Below, one piece after another: positions 43,554-52,502 of a stretch of 64,000 nucleotides of DNA. The notes beneath the pieces were generated by a model. The model searched no databases and had not been told where the DNA came from. It saw only the letters and a program-made list of their open reading frames with translations. The DNA comes from Chloroflexota bacterium (lineage in GTDB: Bacteria; Chloroflexota; Anaerolineae; Anaerolineales; UBA4823), in assembly GCA_032124675.1 (NCBI GenBank), contig JAQBDA010000315.1, positions 7,800 to 71,799 of the forward strand, in the 5' to 3' direction. The first letter of the stretch is position 1. Every line of letters begins with the position of its first letter. The position numbers were made by a program, and so were the translations under genes.

Positions 43554-44620
43554 CTTCTTCCTTCAAGCAAGCCCGGTTCTGCATCCGGAATCCATTCGAT
43601 GCCGATCACTCGCCGCACGCTGTAAGTCGGTTTGCGCTGCGACTCGTGATAGGTGCGAACCTGCATCTCCGCGATCAATCCCATCAAGATCGACTGAAAG
43701 CCGAGGATGAAGAACATGGTGCTCATCTGGAATAACGGGGATGAGAGCACCGGGACGTCAAAGAACAGCCGCCGCACCGCCAGGAAGAGGAAGGTCAGGC
43801 TGCTGATCAGCATCAGGATAATTCCCGTCCCGCCGAACAGGTAGATGGGTTTGTTGGCGTAGCTGAGCAGGAATTTGACGGTGAAGAGGTCCAGGATTAC
43901 TTTAATCGTGCGGTTCAACCCGTATTTGGTTTTGCCATACCTGCGCGGGTGGTGCCTGACCTTGACTTCGACCATGCTCGCCCCGACGCTGCTTGCGTAG
44001 GCCGGGATAAAGCGGTGCATTTCACCGTACAGCCTGAAACCGGTAATCACTTCCCTGCGGTAGGCTTTCAACGTGCAGCCATAATCGTGCAGATGGACGC
44101 CGGTGACCGTGGAGATCAGCCAGTTTGCCATGCGGGAAGGCAGGGTGCGGGTGATGAATTTATCCTTGCGGTTGGCACGCCAGCCGCTGACCACATCGTA
44201 TCCCTGGCGAATTTGGTCGATCATCATTGGGATATCTGCCGGATCATTCTGCAGATCAGCATCCATCAGAACGATGGTCTCGCCTGTGGAATGATCGATG
44301 CCTGCGGCAATAGCAGCTGTCTGCCCGAAGTTGCGGCGCAGGTCTACAACTCGCACATGGGTTGGGTCCTCACCCGCTAGCTCTTCGAGCACCTGTATGC
44401 TGTGATCCTGGCTGCCATCGTTGACGTAGATCACCTCCCAGTCTGGTACTGCATCAGATAATGCCCCCTGCAGGGTCTGGTGGAGTGCGGGCAGACTCTC
44501 TTCTTCGTTATAGACGGGTATGACAACAGACAATTCCACGCTCTTCTCCGAGACAGTGCTGATATTTTGCATCATGTTTCCAGGCATACGGTCTTTAATT
44601 GTACTCGCTTTTCTTTTCAC
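43550..44620 (-). CDS. GT2 polyprenyl-phosphate glycosyltransferase (ArnC/GtrB/Dpm1-like) with C-terminal TM helices
   Basis: LSVVIPVYNEEESL, YVNDGSQDHS and MDADLQNDP. Two C-terminal hydrophobic helices. The track start 44620 is GTG; ATG alternatives at 44587, 44575 and 44572. Confidence 0.85.
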   Translation of the reverse strand: MKRKASTIKDRMPGNMMQNISTVSEKSVELSVVIPVYNEEESLPALHQTLQGALSDAVPDWEVIYVNDGSQDHSIQVLEELAGEDPTHVRVVDLRRNFGQTAAIAAGIDHSTGETIVLMDADLQNDPADIPMMIDQIRQGYDVVSGWRANRKDKFITRTLPSRMANWLISTVTGVHLHDYGCTLKAYRREVITGFRLYGEMHRFIPAYASSVGASMVEVKVRHHPRRYGKTKYGLNRTIKVILDLFTVKFLLSYANKPIYLFGGTGIILMLISSLTFLFLAVRRLFFDVPVLSSPLFQMSTMFFILGFQSILMGLIAEMQVRTYHESQRKPTYSVRRVIGIEWIPDAEPGLLEGRR

Positions 44621-44829
44621 CTATAGCATGTCGCCTCGCGGTATGCTTACCAGAGGTGGGTTTCGACAGCAAACTCGCTCGTTCCGCGACTTGTTCTCAT
44701 GCTGTCCGTAGATATATAATGATATATGATGATTGGAGCTGCACGGTTCAACGACAAGTAGGTCATCCCAACAACTGTGTAGAGCTTTAAAGAACAACAT
44801 TGCATAGTCAATGAAAGGAGAATGCTGAA
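44621..44829. promoter_or_regulatory. AT-rich divergent promoter region between the glycan supercluster and the plus-strand membrane-protein gene
   Basis: The only large AT-rich gap at the head of the minus-strand cluster. Plus-strand candidate TTGTTC (44691-44696)-N18-TATAAT (44715-44720). Minus-strand candidates TTGAAC with TATATC/CATTAT are less clear. AGGAGA SD 9 nt before ATG 44830. Confidence 0.4.
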
Positions 44830-45762
44830 ATGGATTATGGAGGAGTACTCTCACGAGCCTGGCAGATCGTGTGGAAGCACAAAGTATTGTGGATTTTTGG
44901 TATCCTGGCGGGGTGCGGCGCTTCTGGGAATGCCGGGAGGTTCAGCTCGTCATATCGGGCCAATGATGTCCCCCCTGGCGTTGAGGATTTCTTCCTGCAG
45001 TTCGAGCGGATTCCAGACTGGCAGATCGCCGCATTGATCGGGGGTCTCATTCTGGTCGTCCTGGTGCTTGTGGTGCTGGCGATCTTCCTGACGACAGTAG
45101 GGAAGATCGGTGTGATCCAGGGTACCCAGAAAGCGGATCAGGGGGCTTCCAGGATGAGATTTGGGGAGCTGTTCAGCGGCAGCCTGCCCTTCTTCTGGCG
45201 GGTATTCCTGCTCAATCTGCTGTTTGGTCTGGCGTTCGCGGCACTGGTCTTCATGCTCGTGATCATATTTACATTTGGGGCGATCCTGACTCTGGGTATT
45301 GCTCTGATATGTATGATCCCGTTGATCTGTTTGTTGGTGCCGGTCTTCTGGCTGCTGTTCCTTGTGCTGGAGCAGGCCAATATCGCCATCGTTGTGGACA
45401 ACCTGGGAATCATGGATGGCCTGCGGCGCGGCTGGCAGGTGTTCAGAGACAATCTTGGCGCGATTATCGTCATGGCTCTGATCCTGGGAATCGGTGTCTC
45501 GCTGATCGGAGGGTTGCTCATCAGCGCTCCATTATTCCTGATCGCAATTCCGGCGATGAGCGCGGTGATGCTGGGCTCGGAGTATGCTATCTGGGGCGGT
45601 TTGCTGGTCGCCGGGCTGTGTTTCCTGGCTTACCTGCCGTTCTGGCTCGTGCTGAATGGCATCCTGACCGCCTACGTTGAATCGTCCTGGACGCTGACTT
45701 ATATGCGCCTGACGCGTCGCCCAACTGCCTTAGAGCTGGTTGCAGAACCGGAGAGTGCCTGA
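44830..45762 (+). CDS. polytopic membrane protein (uncharacterised)
   Basis: 310 aa. N-terminal YGGVLSRAWQIVWKHKVLWIFGILAG, then several long hydrophobic segments. SD present. Confidence 0.7.
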   Translation: MDYGGVLSRAWQIVWKHKVLWIFGILAGCGASGNAGRFSSSYRANDVPPGVEDFFLQFERIPDWQIAALIGGLILVVLVLVVLAIFLTTVGKIGVIQGTQKADQGASRMRFGELFSGSLPFFWRVFLLNLLFGLAFAALVFMLVIIFTFGAILTLGIALICMIPLICLLVPVFWLLFLVLEQANIAIVVDNLGIMDGLRRGWQVFRDNLGAIIVMALILGIGVSLIGGLLISAPLFLIAIPAMSAVMLGSEYAIWGGLLVAGLCFLAYLPFWLVLNGILTAYVESSWTLTYMRLTRRPTALELVAEPESA

Positions 45763-45790
45763 CGCAGACGGTTGGATAATCGTATTCCCG

Positions 45791-45827
45791 ACACCCGCCA
45801 CGGCTGATCCCATTGCCTGGCGGGTGT
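45791..45827 (+). terminator. weak hairpin between membrane-protein gene and FHA gene
   Basis: acacccgcca (45791-45800) pairs with tggcgggtgt (45818-45827). 17-nt loop, no clear U-tract. Confidence 0.25.
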
Positions 45828-45844
45828 TGTGCTAAAATTCAGGC

Positions 45845-47794
45845 ATGTTCAACCACCTGCGCTGGTTGGGTTTGATCCTGATGTGCATGCTGCTGGTTTC
45901 TGTCAGAGCGGCGAATGCCCAAACCTCTACCAGCGCGACGCTGTCTCCCCCAAATACAGATTCTTTCCCCCAGATTCAGGTTTACCTGGATGTACACCGA
46001 GAGGACGGCTCTTTTGTGCACGGGCTGCAAGCTGCTGATCTGCGGGTCATGGAGGATGGGCAGGCTGTAGAGATCAGCGAGTTTTCCGAGCTTCGTTCAG
46101 GGGTCCAGGTTGTATTCGTGGTCAATCCGGGCGATTCTTTTACTGTTCGCAATTCACAGGGGCTTTCACGTTTCGATTATATCTCCAGCGCGCTGAGAAG
46201 CTGGGCAGCTTCCCGCCAGGGTTCGACCGTCGATGACCTGAGCCTGATTGTGACTTCGGGTCCGGGACGCTCACACACGACCGATTCGACAGAAATCCTG
46301 GCATCATTGGAAAGCTATCAGATCGATAGCGCATCCCTCAACCCCGGTCTGGATAGCCTCTCGCAGGCCCTGGATGTCGCTCTTGATCCTGTCTCACGAG
46401 CCGGTATGGAACGGGCAGTATTGTTCATCACCGCGCCACTGCAGGGCGACCTGTCTTCAAGCGTGCAGGATCTGGTAACGCGCGCCCAGCAGCAGGGAGT
46501 GCGGATTTATGTGTGGTATATCGCGCCTGAAGACGTTCTGGATGTGCCCGCTGCCCGGCAATTACAGGAGCTGGCAGCATTCACCGGTGGGGATTATTGG
46601 TCCTTCTCTGACATCGACCAGCTTCCCTCTCCGGAAAGCTTCCTTAATAAGCTGCGTGATATCTACCTGCTGAGCTATGAGACACCGAACGGCTCAGGCG
46701 GCGCGCACCGCATTGTGGTAGAAATCCAGGACGGGGACGCAGACATCGTTACCCCAGAGATGGAATACAATCTGGATCTCCAGCCACCCGATCCTGCCTT
46801 TATATCTCCGGTAGCCGAGATCGATCGCCGGGTCCCAGAAGATCGTGCCAGAGACGTCTGGGTGCAGACCGGTGCGGCTGACCTGGAGCCGGATGAACAC
46901 CCACTGCAGCTGCTGATTGACTTTCCGGATGGCAGGCAGCGTCCATTGACGCTCACCAGGTTGTATGTTGATGGCCTGGTCGTAGCTGAGAATACCGCCC
47001 CGCCGTTTGACCAGTTCACCTGGGATTTAAGCATATACACCACGACTGCCCGGCATGTTCTCCAGGTGGAGGCGCTGGACAGCCTCGGATTGAGTGGAAT
47101 CAGCATCGAGACCCCGGTGGAGGTGAAAGTAGAGCTTCCCGGTGCTAATCCGCTGATACTGCTTATTCGCAAAGCCCCGCTTGCGGTCGGTCTGCTGGTC
47201 TTGCTGGGTGGGGCGCTGGTGATTTTGGCGCTCATCGTCAGCGGGAAAATCAAGCCGCACCCGCTGCGTGTTCCGGCCGGCTTCCGCTATGGCCGCCGGA
47301 AGCAGGGTGAGGTCACGCAGTCGACCCCAGAAAACCCTGCGCCGCTGCGCGCCGAGTCGGATATGCGCCGGTTTTCAGGCTGGGTCAGCCGCTTGCATTG
47401 GCCTCAGCGTCGTCTCACACAGCAGGCGTATGCCTATCTGGTCCCCATCCCCGAATCGGATGCAACCGCGCCTGAGACGCCGATATCGATCGATTCGAGC
47501 GAGATCACGTTGGGGAGCGACAGGAATCAGGCTGTCCTGGCATTCGATGACCCATCAGTAGATGCGCTGCATGCGCGTCTTATACGTATTGAAGATGAGA
47601 CCTTCCTGCTCGCCGACCAGGGCTCCGTAGCTGGGACATGGATCAACTACCAACCGGTCACCAGGGATGGCGCGCCGGTCCAGCACGGCGATATTATCCA
47701 TATCGGGAGGGTGGGATTTCAATTCAAGCTGCGCAATCCCCGGCACCTGCGGAGACCGGTCGTCACTCGCGCGGGGCCATCAGGCCCGGCATAG
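45845..47794 (+). CDS. membrane-anchored FHA domain protein (signal peptide, extracytoplasmic alpha/beta vWA-like region, one TM, cytoplasmic FHA)
   Basis: 649 aa. N-terminal signal-like LILMCMLLVSVRAANA, central TM LAVGLLVLLGGALVILALIV, C-terminal FHA pattern ITLGSDRNQAVLAFDDPSVDALHARL...GSVAGTWINYQPV...GDIIHIGRVGFQF. The vWA assignment is tentative. Confidence 0.75.
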   Translation: MFNHLRWLGLILMCMLLVSVRAANAQTSTSATLSPPNTDSFPQIQVYLDVHREDGSFVHGLQAADLRVMEDGQAVEISEFSELRSGVQVVFVVNPGDSFTVRNSQGLSRFDYISSALRSWAASRQGSTVDDLSLIVTSGPGRSHTTDSTEILASLESYQIDSASLNPGLDSLSQALDVALDPVSRAGMERAVLFITAPLQGDLSSSVQDLVTRAQQQGVRIYVWYIAPEDVLDVPAARQLQELAAFTGGDYWSFSDIDQLPSPESFLNKLRDIYLLSYETPNGSGGAHRIVVEIQDGDADIVTPEMEYNLDLQPPDPAFISPVAEIDRRVPEDRARDVWVQTGAADLEPDEHPLQLLIDFPDGRQRPLTLTRLYVDGLVVAENTAPPFDQFTWDLSIYTTTARHVLQVEALDSLGLSGISIETPVEVKVELPGANPLILLIRKAPLAVGLLVLLGGALVILALIVSGKIKPHPLRVPAGFRYGRRKQGEVTQSTPENPAPLRAESDMRRFSGWVSRLHWPQRRLTQQAYAYLVPIPESDATAPETPISIDSSEITLGSDRNQAVLAFDDPSVDALHARLIRIEDETFLLADQGSVAGTWINYQPVTRDGAPVQHGDIIHIGRVGFQFKLRNPRHLRRPVVTRAGPSGPA

Positions 47795-47800
47795 TCCTGA

Positions 47801-50074
47801 TCAGCGCAGTACAGCGTAATAGACTTGGTTGCCTTCCGCCAGAAATGCGGTGCGGGTGTCAGGGCTGATTGCAAATGCAGTCGCTGGCCCACGCGGTGCT
47901 GAGACCCCAGACGAAGGATCATCCTGCGGGCGGAATTGACCGTAATATGTCAGCACCCGTAGGCTGAAGCGGTACAGTGCTTGCTCCTGGGACTGCAAAT
48001 AATAGAGTGATGGGTCGGGGGGTTGTGTGGCCACCAACTGGGTAAAGGGCGGCTGGATCGCCATTGGCTGGCCCTCACGTCCCGGACGCGAGTCTATATA
48101 GGGCAGCGGGTCGGTACAGCGGGAAGGAGAAACGGACAGGTCGCTGTAGGTGCAGAGCGTGGTATGACCATCTTCATGCAGCAGGTAGAGGTCAGTCTTA
48201 TCAACAACCAGGTCGATGACTGACTGCATCGGGAAATCAGCGACGAAGAACTCTTCCGGTGGCTGCGTATAGGTGCTGTTCCAGTAAATCCAAACAGTGT
48301 TCTTGCCAGAATCCAGCACATATAGGTGACCGAGGTCTACCGTCAAAGCCTGAGGGGTGCCCCAGCCCTTGGTCGGCGCTGCCAGCGGTGTGAACACCGG
48401 CGGCTGACCGGGGATGCAGTGAAGCAGGTTCCCGTTCACATCCAGGGATAACACGGTCGCGCTAAACTCGTTGGTCTTGGACGCCATGGCGATGTCGATC
48501 GGCGCGCTGCTCTGTCCCGCCGGGGTTCCGGCTGCGCACTGGAAGGTCGGGTCGACCTCATAGCCGCTTCCGGTCGACAGGGTTCGGATAACATTGCCGC
48601 CTTCCAAATTTAGCAGATAAAGGTCGCCCTCGGTGGCTACCATGCGGGAGATTTTGGTGCTCTCCGGCAATTTGGTGGTAAGAGCTGGCTGGTAGATCAG
48701 GCGTGTGACCATATTCAGCTGGTCAAAAGCCTGGTTTGCCTCGCCGCGCAGCGCCTGGGTATCCGTATTCTGCTGGTAGCTCTCAGCCTGTTCGACATAA
48801 TTAATAACGGTCTGCCATGCCTCCGCCCTGAGTATGGGATCGCTCTGAGTGCGGGCATAACCCGCAGCCTGGACGGCCTGGGCGTAATAAGCCTGGTATT
48901 GCCCTGTGCGCCCACGCTGGAAGTATACGACAGCCGCAATGGTGACAACTACCAGCGGGACCACGACAGCCACGATGATCATCACTGAAGAGGGCAGGGT
49001 GGACACAGCCTCGCCGGGCAGCATGCGCAGGGCAAAATTGCGCATCCCCAATCCCGCCCTGGCGAGCGCCCCGGATACAGCAAGACTGATGCGAGATAGA
49101 CCATCCCGACCTGGTGTGCGGCGTGCAGGCCGCTCTTTTGGAAGCGCTGCCGCAGGAAGGCTGGCTCCTCCGTCTGCAGTTCCAGGCTCAATATCAGGTT
49201 GGACTGGCGCGGCTGGGGGATACGGCAATGGGTCAGCAGCCGGCTGTTTTATTGGCGCCCCACTGTCTTGCTGCACACTCTGCGCTAAGGCGGCTGCCGG
49301 GATTCCAACTGACAGCGCATCCTCAGACGGGGATGCCCTGCTTTCTTTCCTGGGCTGGACATATGCAACAGTTGGCCCTGGCTTGGGGCGCAGCAGGAAG
49401 ATTTTTCCGGACCCAGGCTGGGTCTGCAGCAGAAAAGCATCCAATGCCGACCCGGCCTGGCTGAGCAGGCTGCGCCTGAGATTTTCCAATCCCTGGTTAT
49501 ACAAGCCACCCAATGTGCTGGCAGTCCACCCGGGAGGCGGTGCAGAGCTGAACACCAGGGTTTCGCCGGGTTTCAGGTCTGCCTGGTAGTAGGATATTGG
49601 CGGGGTGCGGCTTAATCCCAGACCTCGTCCGACAGCCCCGAGATCCTGGATATGATTGGCGCCTGCTGCTGTAATGTGAAAGGCGTGCACCGGACCGCAG
49701 AGCGCCAGATATAAGCGGTCATTGCGGACGGCGATGATGCCGAGCAGTCCAATACCCTGGCGGCCAGTGCTGGCTGCGCGCTGGTTGCGGTCCAGCAAAT
49801 ACTGGTTCAGCGCTTCGGCTGCGGCCTTCTGGGCGGCGGTCACCGAGCCGGATGTTTTATAGAAAGTCTGTGCCAGGTTCGCCAGCAGCTTGGTTTGCTG
49901 TTCGTCGGTCAGCGGAGCGCTGCCTGCGATTGCCAGGTGTAATATCAAGCGGTCGGTCTGGCGTCCCCGGGCTGGACGGCGGGGCTGGGAGGCGATCAGG
50001 AGACCGGATGGCTCCGCGAGTTCTTGTCCCTCCCGGCGGGTCAGTGAAAGGATGTTTAGATCCAATTGGCTCAT
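47801..50074 (-). CDS. hypothetical single-pass membrane protein (N-terminal degenerate PP2C-like region, Pro-rich linker, TM, C-terminal repeat/beta-propeller-like ectodomain)
   Basis: 757 aa. TM MIIVAVVVPLVVVTIAAVVYF. C-terminal recurring strands GDLYLLN, GHLYVLDSG, TDLYLLHEDG and NQVYYAV. The N-terminal domain call is weak. Confidence 0.6.
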   Translation of the reverse strand: MSQLDLNILSLTRREGQELAEPSGLLIASQPRRPARGRQTDRLILHLAIAGSAPLTDEQQTKLLANLAQTFYKTSGSVTAAQKAAAEALNQYLLDRNQRAASTGRQGIGLLGIIAVRNDRLYLALCGPVHAFHITAAGANHIQDLGAVGRGLGLSRTPPISYYQADLKPGETLVFSSAPPPGWTASTLGGLYNQGLENLRRSLLSQAGSALDAFLLQTQPGSGKIFLLRPKPGPTVAYVQPRKESRASPSEDALSVGIPAAALAQSVQQDSGAPIKQPAADPLPYPPAAPVQPDIEPGTADGGASLPAAALPKERPARRTPGRDGLSRISLAVSGALARAGLGMRNFALRMLPGEAVSTLPSSVMIIVAVVVPLVVVTIAAVVYFQRGRTGQYQAYYAQAVQAAGYARTQSDPILRAEAWQTVINYVEQAESYQQNTDTQALRGEANQAFDQLNMVTRLIYQPALTTKLPESTKISRMVATEGDLYLLNLEGGNVIRTLSTGSGYEVDPTFQCAAGTPAGQSSAPIDIAMASKTNEFSATVLSLDVNGNLLHCIPGQPPVFTPLAAPTKGWGTPQALTVDLGHLYVLDSGKNTVWIYWNSTYTQPPEEFFVADFPMQSVIDLVVDKTDLYLLHEDGHTTLCTYSDLSVSPSRCTDPLPYIDSRPGREGQPMAIQPPFTQLVATQPPDPSLYYLQSQEQALYRFSLRVLTYYGQFRPQDDPSSGVSAPRGPATAFAISPDTRTAFLAEGNQVYYAVLR

Positions 50075-50250
50075 AGGTCATCCGCGGATTGCAGGCCGTG
50101 TCCTGCGTGGCAGCTTCCGGTGATACTCGAGGTGTATTTTTGATGCCGGAATGCCTTGAAGACATTATACTGGTAAAATGCAGGATTAGTGAGATATGGT
50201 GGGGTATTTCTGCAGCTCAGAGTGCTTGAGCGAACCCTGATGGAGATATT

Positions 50251-51282
50251 ATGCAGCTTGAAATCATAAAAACCAGAGAACATTTTGATACCCTGGGAAT
50301 CGAGTGGAACCAATTATTAATGCATAGTGCAAGTCACGTGCCGTTTTTGCGTCATGAGTACCTGAGCACCTGGTGGAGCACTCTGGGGGGTGGAGAATGG
50401 AGCCGCGGTGACTTGTGCCTGGTTACAGCACGGTATAGCGATGGGGTCCTGTGCGGGATCGCTCCATTGTTCGTCACCAAAAATCTGGATGGAGAAGCTG
50501 CGCTGATGTTTTTGGGCAGCATTGAAATCTCGGATTATCTGGATGTGATCTGCCGCCGGGAGGATGCAGAGACGTTCGTTACAGCAGCCTTAGACCGCCT
50601 GTTGGAGGCGGATTTGCCTGACTGGCAGGTGCTGGACCTGTACAATATCCTTGAAGATTCTCCGACTCTGCCTGTCCTGGAAGCAGCAGCCAGAAGGCGC
50701 GGTCTGGAGTACAGCCAGGAGAAGAATTATCACTGCCCATTCATCTCGCTCCCAGGGGATTGGGAGAGCTATCTGGCAGGAATTGATAAGAAGCAGCGCC
50801 ATGAGATCCGCCGCAAAATCAGGCGGGCAGAGAATGCAGACTTGCCGGTGCGCTGGTATATCGTCGAAGAAGAATCCAGCCTGGAAGACGAGATCGGGGC
50901 TTTCTTAGGCTTGATGGCACAGGACGCAGACAAACAGGCGTTCTTGACCGACGCAATGCGCACCCAGATGAACAAGGCACTGCGGGCAGCGTTCCGGGAG
51001 GGCTGGCTGCAGCTTGCCTTTCTGGAGGTTGGGGGCGAGAAAGCTGCCGGTTATCTGAATTTCGATTACCGCAACCATATTTGGGTCTACAATTCGGGGA
51101 TCGATTACCGCTTCACTGCCTATTCACCGGGCTGGGTTCTGCTGGGTTATCTGCTTGAATGGGCGAACCAGCAGCAGCGCCAGGCGTTCGATTTTATGCG
51201 CGGCGATGAGGACTACAAATACCGTTTTGGAGCCACCGACCGCTTCGTGGTACGCGCGCAGGTAAGACGTCCGTTAGAATGA
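50251..51282 (+). CDS. GNAT family acyltransferase, CelD/BcsL/FemAB-like
   Basis: 343 aa. C-terminal FDFMRGDEDYKYRFGA block typical of the CelD-type Acetyltransf_6 family. GGAGA SD. Confidence 0.75.
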   Translation: MQLEIIKTREHFDTLGIEWNQLLMHSASHVPFLRHEYLSTWWSTLGGGEWSRGDLCLVTARYSDGVLCGIAPLFVTKNLDGEAALMFLGSIEISDYLDVICRREDAETFVTAALDRLLEADLPDWQVLDLYNILEDSPTLPVLEAAARRRGLEYSQEKNYHCPFISLPGDWESYLAGIDKKQRHEIRRKIRRAENADLPVRWYIVEEESSLEDEIGAFLGLMAQDADKQAFLTDAMRTQMNKALRAAFREGWLQLAFLEVGGEKAAGYLNFDYRNHIWVYNSGIDYRFTAYSPGWVLLGYLLEWANQQQRQAFDFMRGDEDYKYRFGATDRFVVRAQVRRPLE

Positions 51283-52389
51283 TACCGGACGGGGGATACC
51301 GAATCCTCCGATGCGTACTTCTGCCGGCTGGTCGGTCCATACCCCAGGGATGGTTGAGCCGCACTTGCTGCAGGCACCGGACGCGGTCAGATGATACCCC
51401 AGAAGGACATATCCGTGGCGCTCGATGACGGTTGCACCGCACCCCGGGCAGTAAGTGTTCTCATATTCGTTGACGTGCCCGGGCAGGTTGCCAGCATATA
51501 CGAACTTCAAACCAGCCTCCTGACCGATTTCTGCCCCGCGCAGCAGGGTATCCGCGGCGGTGTGCGAAGGACCGGTCATCTTATAATCCGGGTGGAAGGC
51601 GGTCACATGCCAGGGTATCGTCGGTGAGATGGTAGCAATATAGCGTGCGGCATCCATTAACTCTTCCGTGCTGTCGTTGAATCCCGGCACCACCAGGGTG
51701 ACGACTTCTACCCACAGCCCGAGCTCGTGGGCAAGCCGGATGCTGTCCAGCACATGGTTCAAGACGCCGCCCAGCTTCCGGTAGTGGCGGTCCTGCATAG
51801 TCTTCAGATCAATTTTATATCCCACCAGATAAGGACGCAGGTAATTCAGCACTTCCGGCGTGGCATTCCCGTTGGAAATATAAACGCATTTGATGCCCGC
51901 GGAGGCTGCCTGGCGGAATATCTCCACCGACCATTCGGAGGTGATCAGCGGCTCGTTATACGATGAGGCGAGCACTCGGGCGCCTGAGCGATCAGCGTAT
52001 GCCACCAACTGCTCGGCAGAAGCGCGGCGGATCGAGTGTACGGCGATATCCGATTGTGGGTCTCGCAGCGCCTGCGAAGTAATGTGGTTCTGGCAGTAAT
52101 CGCAGTGAAAGTCGCAGCCAAGCATGCCGAAAGTCAGGGCATCGCTACCTGGCAGAATGTGGTTGAACGGCTTTTTCTCAATGGGATCCACCTGTAAAGC
52201 TGCCACATAGCCCCATGGAGCATAAAGCTTTCCATCACGGTTGAAGCGCACTTTACAGATGCCGCGCCGCCCATCCCGGATGAGGCAGCGATGTCCGCAG
52301 GCGTAGCAGCGTACGGCACGATCCTCCAAAGTCTCATAAAGTTCGGCCTCGACGGTCAGGTCGTCGAGGATGTCGGCAAATGCAGCCAT
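51274..52389 (-). CDS. AmmeMemoRadiSam-system-type radical SAM enzyme (PflA-like activase family)
   Basis: 371 aa. CDFHCDYCQNH (CxxxCxxC) after an N-terminal Cys-rich region (CYACGHRC). C-terminal zinc ribbon CPGCGATV...CSKCGS. Confidence 0.75.
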   Translation of the reverse strand: MAAFADILDDLTVEAELYETLEDRAVRCYACGHRCLIRDGRRGICKVRFNRDGKLYAPWGYVAALQVDPIEKKPFNHILPGSDALTFGMLGCDFHCDYCQNHITSQALRDPQSDIAVHSIRRASAEQLVAYADRSGARVLASSYNEPLITSEWSVEIFRQAASAGIKCVYISNGNATPEVLNYLRPYLVGYKIDLKTMQDRHYRKLGGVLNHVLDSIRLAHELGLWVEVVTLVVPGFNDSTEELMDAARYIATISPTIPWHVTAFHPDYKMTGPSHTAADTLLRGAEIGQEAGLKFVYAGNLPGHVNEYENTYCPGCGATVIERHGYVLLGYHLTASGACSKCGSTIPGVWTDQPAEVRIGGFGIPRPVSF

Positions 52390-52467
52390 GACCAGTTGCT
52401 CCTTGCGTAGACAATGCGGAATGATGGGAATGCGCGGGCGGCGCCCGCGCGAACATCCCCGTTCCCC

Positions 52468-52496
52468 TTGTACTGCGCAGTTGCCGAAATTATAAT
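52468..52496 (+). promoter_or_regulatory. candidate sigma70-type promoter giving a leaderless mobA transcript
   Basis: TTGTAC (52468-52473)-N17-TATAAT (52491-52496). The mobA ATG begins at 52503, 7 nt after the -10 box, and there is no SD. Confidence 0.4.
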
Positions 52497-52502
52497 CGTT
52501 AA

